A stretch of DNA of 64,000 bases, from NCBI RefSeq assembly GCF_036321535.1, contig NC_087472.1, positions 94,242,001 to 94,306,000 of the forward strand, in the 5' to 3' direction. This document shows positions 38,461-51,649 of this stretch, in pieces. The first letter of the stretch is position 1, and each line of letters opens with the position of its first letter. The notes under the pieces are model-generated. The model was given only the letters and a program-made list of their open reading frames with translations, ran no database searches and was not told where the DNA came from. The position numbers were made by a program, and so were the translations under genes. This stretch comes from Camelus dromedarius (lineage: Eukaryota).

Positions 38461-38895
38461 TGTCTCATTAAGAGGACTGTGTGTTGAGCTACATACTGTA
38501 ACTGATAAGCCTCAGAACTCAACTAATACAATAAATGTTTCTTTCTAATGCAGTAGTTAAATATGAATATTCAAGGATAACTTTTAACCATGTAATGGGT
38601 AAGGCCAGATTTCTTCCCTCTGGTTGCTCTACCATAGGCTAGGGCCTTGGAGATATTTGCTTACAGCCAGAAAATGAAAAAAGAAAGGACAGAGAAGGTA
38701 CATTGACTGCTTAAACACGTTGACCTAGAAGAGGCACAAATCACTTCCACTCACTTGCCACTAATGAGAACTAGTCCTGTGGACTCAGCTAGCTACAAGG
38801 GACGTGGGGAAATGGAGCCTCTGGCCAGGCAGTCATTTCTCAATAATCAACCCTTCACTATCAAAGGGGAGTGTGAATCTACTGTCTCCTTACTG
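38461..38895 (-). mobile_element. MLT1 (MaLR) LTR, older subfamily
   Basis: gacctagaagaggcacaaatcacttccactcacttgccactaatgagaactagtcctgtgg...ctacaagggacgtggggaaatggagcc. Confidence 0.65.
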
Positions 38896-40696
38896 TGTGA
38901 CCATAACTTTAACATATGCAAATTTTGTTTTCCTACTTTCCATAATGGGTTAAATAACTCTATCTCACAGGTATTAAATGAGTGCCAACTATTAAGTTCA
39001 GGGCTCAAATATAATGAGTAATCAGTAGATAGTAGCTCATTAATTCATTGCCATCCTCCTTCATAAGCTACAAAATACTCTGATCCCTGCAAAATCAGGG
39101 CTTCATTTACTTCTGGCAACTTCTTTATCTACTCTACCAACCAACTGACTGAGGACTTCGTCATAGCTACTAGCTTTCCATGATGCTAAACACCTGCCTG
39201 CTCATGGTCCCTGAATATCACTGCTTTTAACTACCCACCACTATGCTATGTTTATTTATTGAAATTTCTCTGTTTTTTATTTTCTTTTTATCTTGGGCTC
39301 CTGATGCCAAATGCACATTTTTTTTCCTGTACTCATTGAAAATTGTGCTTTTCCTGTAAGTGGCCTCTTTCTCTGTGGCTGAAATTTAGGACATGTCTCT
39401 ATCAGCAGCCTCATCCAAATTGCAGGTTCACGTTCAGGTCTTGGTCAGATTGGTCCATGCTGTATGTTTACCATCAAATTACAGCTCTTGAGCAGTGAAC
39501 AGTGAACAACCAAATAGGCTAAATGAAACCAGACAATATGTACAGAAGAAATAATGTGCATATAAATTTTTTGCAATCCTTTTTAGTTTTCCTTCCTTGA
39601 ATACGAATATGTATGTGCATGTGTGGACATGTATAAAGAGTGTGTGTGTGTGTCTGTGTCTGCGTGTGTTTGGTTTGTGCCTGGATAGTGTGAAAAGTCT
39701 ATATAGTGTAAGCCAGTTTTTGTCTTTAGGAGGTCTGGGTAAGGGGGAGGAGTTAGTAAGGAAGGCTTCAGTAGCAATAGTCAAGGTGAATATTTGTGAG
39801 ATCCAGTGGCTTTTACTGAAAAAAAAAAAATAGCAGAACTTGCATTCATCTTCCAGAGTCTGAAATACAGTGTGTGTTCAAGAAACATAGTATAAGAATA
39901 TTTCAAAATGGAAATGTTGTTTTAAAGCCATTACAAAATAGTGTATTAGACCAAGGTATGAAAATGTTAAAAGTAACTGAGAGCATTCACAGAGAAATTT
40001 TAGTTTTCCTAACCCTAGAAGGAATATTAAATGGTGGGTTTGATTAGAGAAAGGTTGGGAGGAGCATCTTCTTCAGTGATGACTGTGCCTTAAGAGCCTC
40101 CTTACCCCCAGAGTGGGAAGGTATTATACTTCCTAACCTCAAGTAGAGTCATAATAGCTTCAGGGTTTGAGAGTGGTTTTTTTTTTTTAGCATATTTAGA
40201 TGAAATTGTGTTGTGAATTCCTTCTGTGCCAAAGGAGAAGGGTGTGATATTACTTCCAAATCCCAAGTCAAAAGAGAGGGGTCAGTGTGATGCCACAAGG
40301 AGCTTAATATGTGTCCCCATAAATTTTATGGACACTGGGAACTGGCATTTAACTTACACCAGCAGAAAGAGAGAGCTGTCTGTGTAGCAGTTCGATTTCA
40401 CTCCAAAGGTTTACTTGGGTAAAACTTGTATGAGTATTTCCTGTGGCTCAGATGTGGACCATGAATGAGAGAAAGTAGGAATATGATTTTCTTAAATTTT
40501 GTTCAGTGTTAATCTGGAAATGCTAGTTAGGTCATGGAATAAGTGATCAGGAAGTTTTTCTAGTTGTTTAGGAGCTGGAGAATTAGAGGGCAACTCATGA
40601 GCACAGAAATGCCTATGATTTTCTTAAATGATGAAAAAAGCATGTGCGATATTTCCCCGTAATTAGGGGAGCCCCAAAGGAAGGCATGCAAGAACC

Positions 40697-41860
40697 TGTA
40701 TCAGGTACCCATTGTCACACCAGTATTGCATAGCAAACAACCAAAAAACTCCTCCACGTACAATAATAATTTTGTGGTCATGTATCTAAGATTGTCATCT
40801 AGGTGTCTCCACTGTTCTTGGCTTGGCTCATATACACATTTAGGGATTGTTGGACTCTCAGCTTTATCTAGGATGCTTTTGACTACAACAACTGAGATGG
40901 CATGTGCCTCTTATCTTCTAGCAGGCTGATACAGGCATGTTCTCATGGTAGTGGCAGAGGCACAAAAGTGAAGGCAAGCCCATTTACACAAACATTTTTC
41001 AAACTTCTACTTAACATCACGATTAGCTACATTCCATTGCCCAAAACAAGTCATGTGGCTGTCCCCAGAGTCAGAGTGAAGGAGTATTATCAAGTTTGGG
41101 GGAAAAGGCGATAGATAAGGGAGGGATAAAGACTTGGGGGCATTTTTTTGGCATTTGCAATTTTTTTTTAATTGAAGTATAGGTTATACAATGTTGTGTT
41201 AGTTTCAGGTGTACAGCAAAGTGATTCAGTTCTACATACATATATTCTTTTCCATTATAGGTTATTACAAGATGTTGAATATAGTTCCCTGTGCTATACA
41301 GTAGGTCCTTGTTGTTTTATATAGACTATTTTATATATAATAGTGTGTATCTGTTAATCCCAAACTCCTAATTTAGCCCTCCCCTACCTTTCCCCTCTGG
41401 TAACCATAAATGTGTTTTCTTTGTGAGTCTGTTTGTTTTATAAGTGAGTTCATTTGTGTCGTTTTTTTAGATTCCACATGTAAGTGATATCATATGATAT
41501 TTGTCTTTTTCTGACTTACTTCACTTATAATGTCTAGGTCCATCCATGTTGCTGCAAATAACACTATTCATTGTTTTTTATGGCTAAATAATCTTCCATT
41601 TTCTTTATCCATTCATCTGTTGATGGACACTTAGGTTGCTTCCATGTCTTGGCTATTATGAATAGTGCTGCTATGAACATTGGGGTGCATGTATCTTTTC
41701 GAATTAGTGTTTTCATCTTTTCCAGACCTATGCCCAGGAGTGGAATTGCTGGGTCATATGGTAACTCTATTTTTAATTTTTTAAGGAACCTCCATACTAT
41801 TCTCCATAGTGGCTGCACCAGTTTACATTCTGGGGGCATTTTTAAAATTAGTTCATCACA
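40697..41860 (-). mobile_element. MLT1 (MaLR; G/H-like) LTR, split by an L1
   Basis: tgtatcagg...cagcaggct-like block, ggcatgttctcatggtagtggcagaggc, cattccattgcccaaaacaagtcatgtggctgtccccagagtcagagtg, ending catcaca. Confidence 0.75.
41161..41830 (-). mobile_element. 5'-truncated L1
   Basis: [34 protein letters not shown]...[35 protein letters not shown] tgggggcattttt (41135-41147 / 41831-41843) at TTTTT/AAAA. Confidence 0.92.
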
Positions 41861-42409
41861 GTGAACATGAAGAAAACAAAGTCAGATTCAATCACCTACC
41901 ATATCGAAAGAGTGCTGGAGGTAGAACTATGCTATTACCAAGCAAGCAGGAACTTTCCTGGTCAGTCTGCCTCTTGTCTTTCCCAATATTCAACCATGTT
42001 GTAGTCATATACTACGAATGGTGAGGTGAGGGAAGAGCATGAAAATGTCTAGGTGGTAATGAAGTTGACTTCTACCTGAAGTGGAACCAAGCTCAGGTGG
42101 GTGGGTGCGAAGACTAAATTTTACAGCAAATTGAGACATTAAAATATCATTTTATGAGACTGGATATCTTAACTGCTGAATGAAGACTGTGTTTTGGAAC
42201 TATAGCAACAGTTGAACTTTATTACTTCATTGTGACTAGAGAAACCATGGGGCTTTCCTGGAATTTTCATCCTGAGCCTGAAGAATAAACTGTCCATACT
42301 CAATAAAAATAGAGAGAGAGTGGGAGATAAAACTAAATTTGCTTAATGATGAAATCTAATCACTCATTCTTATTTAAGGAATTATATTACCTCAATAAAT
42401 AACAGGGTG

Positions 42410-42720
42410 ATGATGGAGAATTAGAAATCCAGAGCCAAAGTACAGAATCCTTGGGTTCAGATCTCAGCTCTGCTTCCTGTTGACTTAAGCATGTTTATTT
42501 ATTTTATTTTATTTTATTTTGTTTTGTTTTGTTTTGTTTTATTTTATTTTATTTTCACATTTATGCTTCAGTGTTCTTACCTAGACAATTGGGATAGTAT
42601 CTTTTTTGGCCAACATCAAAGTGTTGTTGCAAGGATCAATTGAGTTAATACATTTAAAACATTTCAAACAGTGCTTGTTACATAGTAAACACTTGATCAC
42701 TGCTCCTACAATTTACTATT
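42410..42720 (+). mobile_element. MIR SINE containing a pentanucleotide microsatellite
   Basis: ttgggttcagatctcagctctgct...gcttcagtgttcttacct...gttgcaaggatcaattgagttaataca...acagtgcttgttacatagtaaacact. Confidence 0.6.
42493..42555. repeat. Compound (ATTTT)n(GTTTT)n(ATTTT)n microsatellite
   Basis: Read directly from the sequence. Confidence 0.9.
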
Positions 42721-43489
42721 TCTGCTTAAAAATAAACTTTGCTACAATGATACGTGACATGGAATAATCTAATTGGAGACCACATTGGCCCATGGTGCAC
42801 AGCCTGTCAAAGGTACATCAACTATACAGTATTTGGGGAAAAACGTTTGGTTACCCTTATGCAGAAGCATTGTAGGCAATCCATTCTTTCCAAGAATTGG
42901 AAATTCTCATTTTACCAAGCTCGTCTTAGCATGATTTTCCCTTGGAAATTTTCTTGGAATTTTGACCACTAGTGATATTTCTCTGGGTTGTCATGTGTGT
43001 CTTTTGTTCACTTAGTATATATTTTTTGTGAGCCTTTAGCATCCAGAATGATTGTTCTAATCTCCAAAGGGAAACTATTAAAAAGTGCTTTCATATATTT
43101 GATTTTTAAGAAAGAAGATTTTATTAGTTTCTTTAGAAGAAAGACGATCTAGTTCTCAATATGAGATACAGAGTCATAAATTTAGAGCTAGAAGAAGCCT
43201 TAGAGATAGTTTATTCAACACTGTATAGATGAGCAGATCCAGGCCAAAATTTCCTCTTACATGCCCAGAGTTACAGACTGTTTTCAGAGTCAGGGCTACA
43301 AGTCAAGTCTTCAGATTCACAAGCCCTCTGCTTCTTCCACACCTCATAGCTTCCCACATGAGCACAACCTCAACAGGAAAAAGAAAAATTTGGATAAAAC
43401 AGGTAAGCAGGAGTTAATGTTAAAAACTGGAATGCAGTTCCAAGACCGACCATAGAAACCAATTTTGTTTCTTTGTAATTTATTTTTAT

Positions 43490-43635
43490 TTTTATTATAA
43501 ATAATAGTGTGGTGAACATGGGTATACAAATATCTCTTTGAATCCCTGGTTTGAATTCTTTGTCTGCATCCAGAAGTGAAATTACTAGATCATCTGGTAA
43601 TTCAATTTTAAGTTTTTTTGGAAGAAACTCATTTT
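43490..43635 (-). mobile_element. Short old L1 ORF2-end fragment
   Basis: gtgaacatgggtatacaaatatctctttga...ccagaagtgaaattactagatcatctggtaattcaattttaag. Confidence 0.6.
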
Positions 43636-43849
43636 AAAGCTAAAAACCGATTTTGGTGATGGAATCTTAAATGGTCTTTTGCACAAAAGTGTGGTTGGAA
43701 ATGTTTAATAAGAGGCATGAGGGAGATGAGGAACCTCCTCTAGACCTTCACTTCATGGTAAAAGGGCTACAGAGAATTTATTTAATTTTTTTCAATCACA
43801 CTTTCATTTTCACAATAATTTTCACCGAGTAGTATCATAGTCTTTGTCA

Positions 43850-44035
43850 GTGTCATGCGTCATCACTGGAAGGGCTTATTAAAGCACAAATCTCTGCATC
43901 TCTCCTCCAGAATTTCTGATAAGCAGACCTCAGGATTGGGGGGTGGAGGTGGAGGTGGTGGTACTAATACTACATTTCTGACAAATTCTGGATTTGGATG
44001 CTATCAGTCTGTGGATCCACCTCTGAGAATCACTG
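43850..44035. mobile_element. MER5A-like MITE
   Basis: tcactggaagggcttattaaagcaca...ccagaatttctgat...catttctgacaaattc...ctctgagaatcactg. Confidence 0.6.
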
Positions 44036-45189
44036 ACTTACGTAAACAGTACTAAATAGTAATATGACAAATATGTATGAGGTTGTCTTATGCTAAAAAT
44101 TCCACACATTGCATGTGCGTAGGTGCTACATTTAGCATAAAAGGGTAACTTCCTGATAGAAGTGAATAGAATCAGAGAGCTTAAAATACAATACAAGGTT
44201 TGTTTATATATTTCATCTTGACGGTGTTTGTGACTGATTACTTTAGAGATGTTGCTACGGCATTTTTATATCTCAAGAGGTATGGTTTAGGATTGTCTTG
44301 GCTCTAGCTTCATAACTACTCTAAACTACTTTAAGATCTGCTTTAACGTAAAGAACTCTCCATTAATTTTATTTCAATAAGAACAGCTCAGTAAATCCTT
44401 TCTTGAGCACTCTCTCTTCTCTTAACATGTCTTGTCTTCCCTCGCAGTCTGTCTATGTATTTGTACAATCTTACAATCCTTATGCAAGAATATGAATTCT
44501 GCCTGCTATGCATATGTCATGTGATTCCACATTGTTTTCCAACTTTCAAATGACATATCTGTCCCAAAATATTTTTGTAAGTCTTTCGAGGGTGTTCAAA
44601 ATACCTCATGCTCTTAGGGAAAAAAAGCTTCCGTATGTGGTCTTTTGATTTCAAATAGGATGCATTTCATAAGGATGTCTAAGGGCAAGTGTATGAAATA
44701 TGGCAGAAATAGACCATGGCAAGCATGGTGAAATGGACTTTCACAAATGATGGTTTTAAACTATCACCATGTCCAGATACGCTTCTCTTCCTTCAACCTC
44801 TCTCTTCAACTCTTCTTTGATTTTGGGCCCTTGGGAGGTCCCCGCCCACCTTCTAGGCATGAATGTCCAGCGCTACCCGCCTCTGTCAAACTCTCCCCCT
44901 CCCTTCCCTGTCCCTTACTCTCTTTGTTACACTTTCTGAGAAACCCTCATGTTTACTGGCATTCAGGAGAAAACAAGGGATCATCAGTCAACCTTCTCAC
45001 CTGTGAACTCCCAAATGACACTTTTATTTTAATAAGAGTCTTATGGATGTAAATGGCCTCAATTGGAAATTGAGAGTTTCAGGTAGTCTGGAGAGAAGAA
45101 AAATATGAATACAAATAAGATATTTAGTTTTCCTTAAAATTCCATCACATGTACAATTGCTTGCTTGCCTGTACAATTGAATAGTCCTG

Positions 45190-45224
<35 letters not shown>

Positions 45225-46198
45225 TAAAAGGCAGAATAAGACCAGATGGTGATGTTTGCTGATTTCTGTTATTTTCGTATTTAAAACTTATAAGTATGAT
45301 GAAAATCATGGGGATAAACATGTTTACTGCCAGCAATATAATTATCTACCTTAGATTATAATTATTTGAAATTAGACTGTCTCTCCCTTCCTGTAAGTTC
45401 TGAATGACAGAAGCCATGACATTTTCAACTCCCATAGCACCTATCGTATGTATGCTTCACATAGTAAGCATCACTAATAAAAGATAGTAATACTATAATC
45501 ATAGTAATAACTACCATAGCTATTGAAGAGAAAATCATAAAAGGAAATAAAAATAAGCAGGAGAAGAGAGAGAATTTAAAGGAAAGGAATCCATTCCAAG
45601 AAGAAAGAGTATTTTGAGAACAGCTTAGTGATTCTCACGATTATCTTTAAGTCATTCCCAAAGATTCCATCCCTGAATTTCAAGGAGAAATGGAGTTTTC
45701 AAGGGGGAAACTAAAAAGAGTGCTGTTTCATATGATTCAGTGAGATACTGACAGGACACCTGGACACTTCTGCCAACTTTGTGACAAAGGGATGCTTAGT
45801 GATGAGCACAGAGAAAGGGTCTTTTTCACAATCCAAAGGGCAGTCTCAGTCCATTGTGGTCTGGCATGATGAGACTTCCAGGAACCTCTGCAGGGGGAGG
45901 AGGCACAGAAAGCCATAGCAGTGGCCTGTCCCCATGTCATGGGTGTCACTGTCATCTGTCACCAGAAGGAGAGAGAAAGATGAGGAAAAATAAAAGACAC
46001 CTCAAAGCATTGAACAAAACTTTCAGGAGCATCACTGAGATCACTTCTGTGGATGCCAGAATTTAGGAGATTATTTGGGTGGAGGAATGAATGCCTCAAA
46101 ATTGTGATGGAATTGTGTGTAAAAAACACGTGACACACTGTCATTTACTGAGGAGCAATTTCAGAGTGCCAGTGTGGCTCAAAGACTTCGTATACATC

Positions 46199-46323
46199 CA
46201 GTGCTGCCCAATAGTGTGCGGTTATTTACCAAATAAAATGTGGCTTGTGAGACCAAGAAACTTGTCTTAAATTTAGTTTATTCAAATAATTTACATTAAA
46301 TTTAAGTGCATTGGACAGAGCAG
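46199..46323. mobile_element. MER3/Charlie-like MITE fragment
   Basis: TIR-like ends cagtgctgcccaatag / cattggacagagcag. Confidence 0.4.
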
Positions 46324-46429
46324 ATTGTAATCTTCAAAAGAAGTCAGGGATTATGTTTTTAATAACTTGTATTTTAGAAATGTGGAAACTGAGTAAAGAT
46401 TAAGTAACTTGATGAAAATCACAGCTATA

Positions 46430-47130
46430 CATAACTGTCTACAGCACAAAAATACATACTCTTTTCTCACTATTACAGCTCTCATCCACTTTTCTGGAAT
46501 GGCTAATTCTCTTAATTGAATACCAAATATCACGCACACCCAAAAGACATCTGCTAGAATGCTTTGCAGTAGCCCCACAGTGGAAACTACCCATATAACC
46601 AACAAGTCAAATGAATGGGTAAACTGTGGTCTACTCACACAATAGACTGTTACACAGCAGTGATAATGAAGTTATCTATTCTTCTATGTAACAATCCATA
46701 TAAACCTTACCAACAGTCTTGTTAAATTAAAGAAACTAAAGCCAAAAGAGCGTATAATGGATGACTTCTATTTACATACAAATCTATACTGTTAAAATTC
46801 AGGGTAGGGGGAGGGTGTAGCTCAGTGGTAGAGTGTGTACCTAGCATGCACAAAGTCCTGGATTCAATTCCCAGGACCTACATTTTAAATAAATACACAC
46901 ATACATACATACATACATACATACATACCTAATCACCCCCCCCCCCAAAAGAAGTTGTTTTTGTTTTTGTTTTTGTTTTAAGTCTGGGCAATTGTTACTC
47001 CTGGGGACAGAGGTGGAGGAATGGTGAGAGATGGGTGGGGTATGAAGGTGACTTCTGAGATGTACAATTTCTTGTTCTGGATACTAGTTATACTTTGTGA
47101 AAATTTATTAAGTTGTGTTTATTAGGATAC
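46430..47130 (+). mobile_element. L1ME-like 3' region (host of the SINE at 46807)
   Basis: aaatgaatgggtaaactgtggtctactcacacaatagactgttacacagcagtg...tactttgtgaaaatttattaagttgtg. Confidence 0.55.
46807..46950 (+). mobile_element. tRNA-Ala-derived camelid SINE, long-tail form, with a (TACA)n repeat
   Basis: gggggagggtgtagctcagtggtagag...ggattcaattccc; tail aaataaa(taca)n cctaatcacccccc. Confidence 0.88.
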
Positions 47131-47131
47131 A

Positions 47132-47708
47132 TGTGTTATTTTCATTTTCTATTGCTGCATAACATTACCTAAACTTTCTGTCTTCAAACTATACAAATTT
47201 ATTATCTCACAGTTTCTGTAGGAAAATGTCTGCCTGGAGTCTTTGCTTACAGACTTTCCAGGCAGACATCAAGGTGTTCGGGCTGTCATTCTCATCTAGG
47301 GCTCAGGGTCCTCTTTCAAGCTCACTGGCTGTTTTTAAAATGAACTGCAAGACTGAGGCCCCCCTTTTCCTGCTAGCTGTAGACTGCTGTTAGAATCCAG
47401 AGGCTGTCCATAGTTCCTGGCCACGTGGTCCCCATAGCAATTCATGGCATGTGTATTTACTTTCTAGGCTGTAATTGGAGCATGTTTCTCTGACTTCCTC
47501 TTCTTTCATCACATGATTTTAAAGGGATCAAGCCCACCCAGATAAGCATTGTATCTTAAGAGCAACTGATTTGGGATTTTAATTATATTAGCACAATCCC
47601 TTCTCAGCAGTACTTAGACTAGCATTTGAATGACTAGCTGGGAGAAGGTGTGCATACAGCAGAGGTGGGGGATCTTATAGATATCAACTATGAATTCTGC
47701 TTACTGCA
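47132..47708 (-). mobile_element. MLT1 (MaLR; D/E-like) LTR
   Basis: ttttctattgctgcataacattacctaaac...aaatttattatctcacagtttctgtagg...atcaaggtgttc...gcccacccagataa...gaattctgcttactgca. Confidence 0.75.
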
Positions 47709-47929
47709 GGGATGGTTTTTATGTCTGTATAAAAAAGTTAAAAATAATCCTTAATGTCACCTATGAAGGGATAAACTTCTCTGCTTAGATACTACTATCC
47801 TTTATTCGCACTGCTTTAGACCAAGAATTAGCACGAAAAAGGAAATTCTGCAGATGGCATTATAGTAACAGATGATGGGACATGACACAGCTCATCGTTA
47901 TTTTCATTTTGTATTCTCAATTTTTTTCT

Positions 47930-49320
47930 TTTTCCAAATATTGATGAGAGGGAATGTAAGCCTCCAAATTTACCATACTCGTAAATACGAATTCAAGTAT
48001 CCTGGCCCAGACCTCTTATCTCAGAAGGTAGTGAGAAATTGATTGCAGTGGTTGTTGACCTTGACATTCCTTGAAAATGCTATGTTGGTGTAGCAGGGAT
48101 ACTTTCATACATTCAGAAGAGATAGGACTGAGGTGAATATGGACCTGCACAGTCTACTAGGATGAAGGGACCTGTGCTTTATGACAAAGCACACTCCCTT
48201 GACATCCCCAGGCCATGTAGAACTTGATAGATTGTGAAGATCTCCAGCTCTAGGTTACTCCAATGAAGTAACTTTCAAGTAAAGAAAATCCCAGTCCCAG
48301 AAGAAGCCTTTATCAAGAGTGGTCAGACAGAATTCACAAGAACAAGACCTGTCAAGCTAAACCACCTTCATTTCATGACAGCTCATTAGGATAGTAAAGC
48401 AGGGAACTGTGTGTATCTGGACATCAGCAAAGCATGTGACATTTTCTCCTATGATATTTTCATGAAAAGCTGTAGACAGAGACCATGGAAAGGAGTTCAG
48501 TTAGGCAGGATTATATGTGGTTGACTACACAGAGAAGAAGAGGCTCTGTTTTGCCTAATATTGTCAATCATTGCAGCCAAGTTTGGAAAAACATGATTAT
48601 CAAAATTACAGATGACACAGAAGTGGAAAGAATAAATTCGCTGGTTAACAGAATCTGTATTCAAAAAGATGTCAATAGACTGGAATGATGGGCCAGATCT
48701 AACAAGAGGACATTTTATTAGGCAACATTTAAAAGCCTTGCATATGTGCTCCCTAATTATGCCCATAGCTACCTAGTTTAAAATAACACATTATTGTGCG
48801 TGATTAATTTGTGCCTTTGCTATGTACTAGGCATAACACTGAGAATGTTATTTATATTATCCAATTTTCTTTCTTTAACCGCACTATTAGGGTGGGTGTA
48901 TTTTCCTTAATTATGCACTAGTGGAGGTTCCAAGAACTTAACATATTTTGAGCAGGCCAGAGTTGGTGTCCTTAATACTCTGCAGCCCTGGAAGTATATA
49001 CATAAAAGATTAAAAGAGCTGGTGGCTTATGGATTGTACTTTTAGAGTGGATTATAATTTTAGATTTAGTAAACTCAATAGAATAGTAAGATGTGGGCAA
49101 AAATAATAGTTAATATGTTAAGTCTGAATTCTTTATAAATACAGTGTCTAGAACACCAAAGATGAGAATTTGGTTTTTGCCTTATCTGCTGAGACCTAGA
49201 GCTTTGGGTTCAGATTTGAACACCATAATTTTACGTGAATATAGACAAACTAGACCCAGTTAAAAAAAAAATCACAATCACTGTTGTGAGAACACTCAAT
49301 ATTATGTCAAAAGAGGGAAA
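47930..49320 (+). mobile_element. L3/CR1 LINE relic (RT region and 3' part), interrupted by a MIR at ~48780-48960
   Basis: Translations EFKYPGPD, YLDISKACD and IIKITDDTEVERINSLVNRICIQKDVNRLE*WARSNK match CR1/L3 ORF2 motifs. Confidence 0.75.
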
Positions 49321-51649
49321 GGGAAATGAGATTTATATTTCTGAAGAGATTTATCAAGGTTCCTTACATCTACAAATATTAGAAGGATTTTCTAATAAAA
49401 ACCATTGTGAAAGTTGAATCAGACTTGCCCCCTTTGCAACTAGGACACTGGGTAGAATTTATTCTAAGAAATAATTTATTTCTGTGCAAGGAAATATTTT
49501 TAGTAATATTTATAATATAATTTAATGATATAGTGTTATGATTATTAATTATCTTATTTAACAAATATAGTTATGAGTGGCTTGACTAATAGGAAAAGAA
49601 TACTGTCCAGTAGAAACAAAATCTACTTTCTTTCATGTAACATTGAACTTGAGATCTTTTGCAAAGGTGGACAGCTTTCCTTATTAGAGACAGAGCTTAA
49701 TTTTCTAGCATTTGGTGATTTTAAAAGTCTATCTAATCTATCCATCTATTTATCAATCTATCTATCTATCTTTCTATCATGGTTAGATTTCATGAGATAT
49801 TTTAATTTTCTTACATTAAGTATATTACCACTTAGACTGGATCAACCTCTAAGTGGGTTTATTTTTTAAAATTTTAGATTTAAAATGTAAATAAAAAGTA
49901 TTATATACAGTAGGAAAATAAAGTTTTAAAAATTGTGCAAGTTAACTATTTTCTGGCATAGAAGTTTCATTTCAGTTTCATGGGTTACTATCAGTATTTA
50001 CAAAAATGATTTCCTTTCACACAGAATTACACTCCAGAATTTCTTTTTCATTTATCCTCTTTATAAAGATGCTCTGTAGTACAAAGTTTTATGTTGCTTC
50101 CTTCTCTTAGAAAGACATTGTAATTGTGGCTGGAAGTGAAAGAGGGGGGAAAAAAAGACGTGAAGTGAATTCACTTTCTATAGTTCCCAATTAGAGACTT
50201 TTTCATGACAACCCTTCTCCCCAGCTCATTGTTTTTTTCTCACTCAATTTTCTGGAATATTTTAGAAGTTACTGTAGGATAACAGTAATATTATATGTCA
50301 GTATGCTCGTTAACTTGAAATAGTTGTGCTCTTTGTAGAATAATTGTAGAACAATTAAGCTTCATCTATTTGCATTTAGGGTTTGTGCCATAGCTGCAAA
50401 AATACAGAGAATGGAAGATCAATCAGACAATTCAGATATAATACTCCTTTTTCTCTAGGTTAGTATGATTAGGAATCAGTATTGTCATTTATATGTTGGC
50501 TTATGTAACCAAAGTTACTAAGAGTACACAAAACTAACAGTCTAGGATCAGAACTTTAAAAATTGCAACATATTGGCTTAATTAAACAAAACATCTAAGA
50601 GGGTTAAAATACAATGGAGATGAAAATAATGCATATAATAATCTTTCAAATCAAAAGACTTAGAATTATGGATTATCTGCTGTAATTCATAGATGATAAT
50701 ATATTGATAAAACCAAAAATTGAAGTTCAGTAGGGGTTAATGTGAAATCTATCAATAAATTCTGAAATATCATATACATATATTCAGTCTTTCAGTTACC
50801 TAGTTTAACAGGAATTCTTGTTAAAATATACCTCCATGAATTATTAAACTGGATGTATGTCCCTTTCAATTGTGCGAGTCGATCATTTTATGATATATAG
50901 CCTTTACTTAAATTAAAGGTTGATACAAAAGGCTTATTTCATAGCATGTGATGTCAAAACAAGTGAGGCAGTCTTGCATGACTGAACCTCTGTACCCATA
51001 AACAGCTAGATTTAAAAAAAACTCTTGGAGATCTGCCGTACAAGATTGTGTTTATAGTTAACAATGCTATATGTATACTTAAAAATTTCTTCAGGATAGA
51101 TCTCATTTTATGTATTTTATATCACACCTACCGGGAAAAAAACCAAGAAAGGCAATAGTTTTCATCTGTTTTGAATGGCCAAACATATATAAGGTCTGTG
51201 TTTAATTAAGAAATCCATATTTTTAGAGAGAAGTTGACAAATCTTGATGGATCTGATAGATTGACCAAAATGAAAAGAGAATTTTGAAAGTCTTATTTGC
51301 AGAACGTTTGAGGACATAACGGTGCTTAACCTAAGAAAGAGAAAGCCTCATCCTGTGTTTGTGTGTCTGTGTACAGTTGAATTTGGTACATGCATGTGTT
51401 TAAGTGACAGGCAGGTATGTAGGACATTAATATTTTCAGTTATTATAAAAGGAGCATTAAATGCATTCAGTGTTTTTCCTGATGGTTAAGTTGGAAAAAC
51501 AGCAGGGAGGAATAGGGGTCACAGCAGTTCAATTAATAAAAATCGTGTCTGCACAGCATAAGGAAGAATTTTAGAGCAAATAGAGATGTCCCTAATAAAG
51601 CTGACTTCTTTGTGAAGACACAGTGGGAATTTACTCATCTTAGCTACCA

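Larger units (their letters stand above)
39890..42390 (+). mobile_element. LTR78-like ancient LTR, split by an MLT1 insertion
   Basis: The 3' part gactggatatcttaactgctgaatgaagactgtgttttgg...gtgactagagaaaccatgggg...ttttcatcc...agtgggagataaaactaaatttgc matches my recollection of the LTR78 3' end; the 5' part is inferred. Confidence 0.5.
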
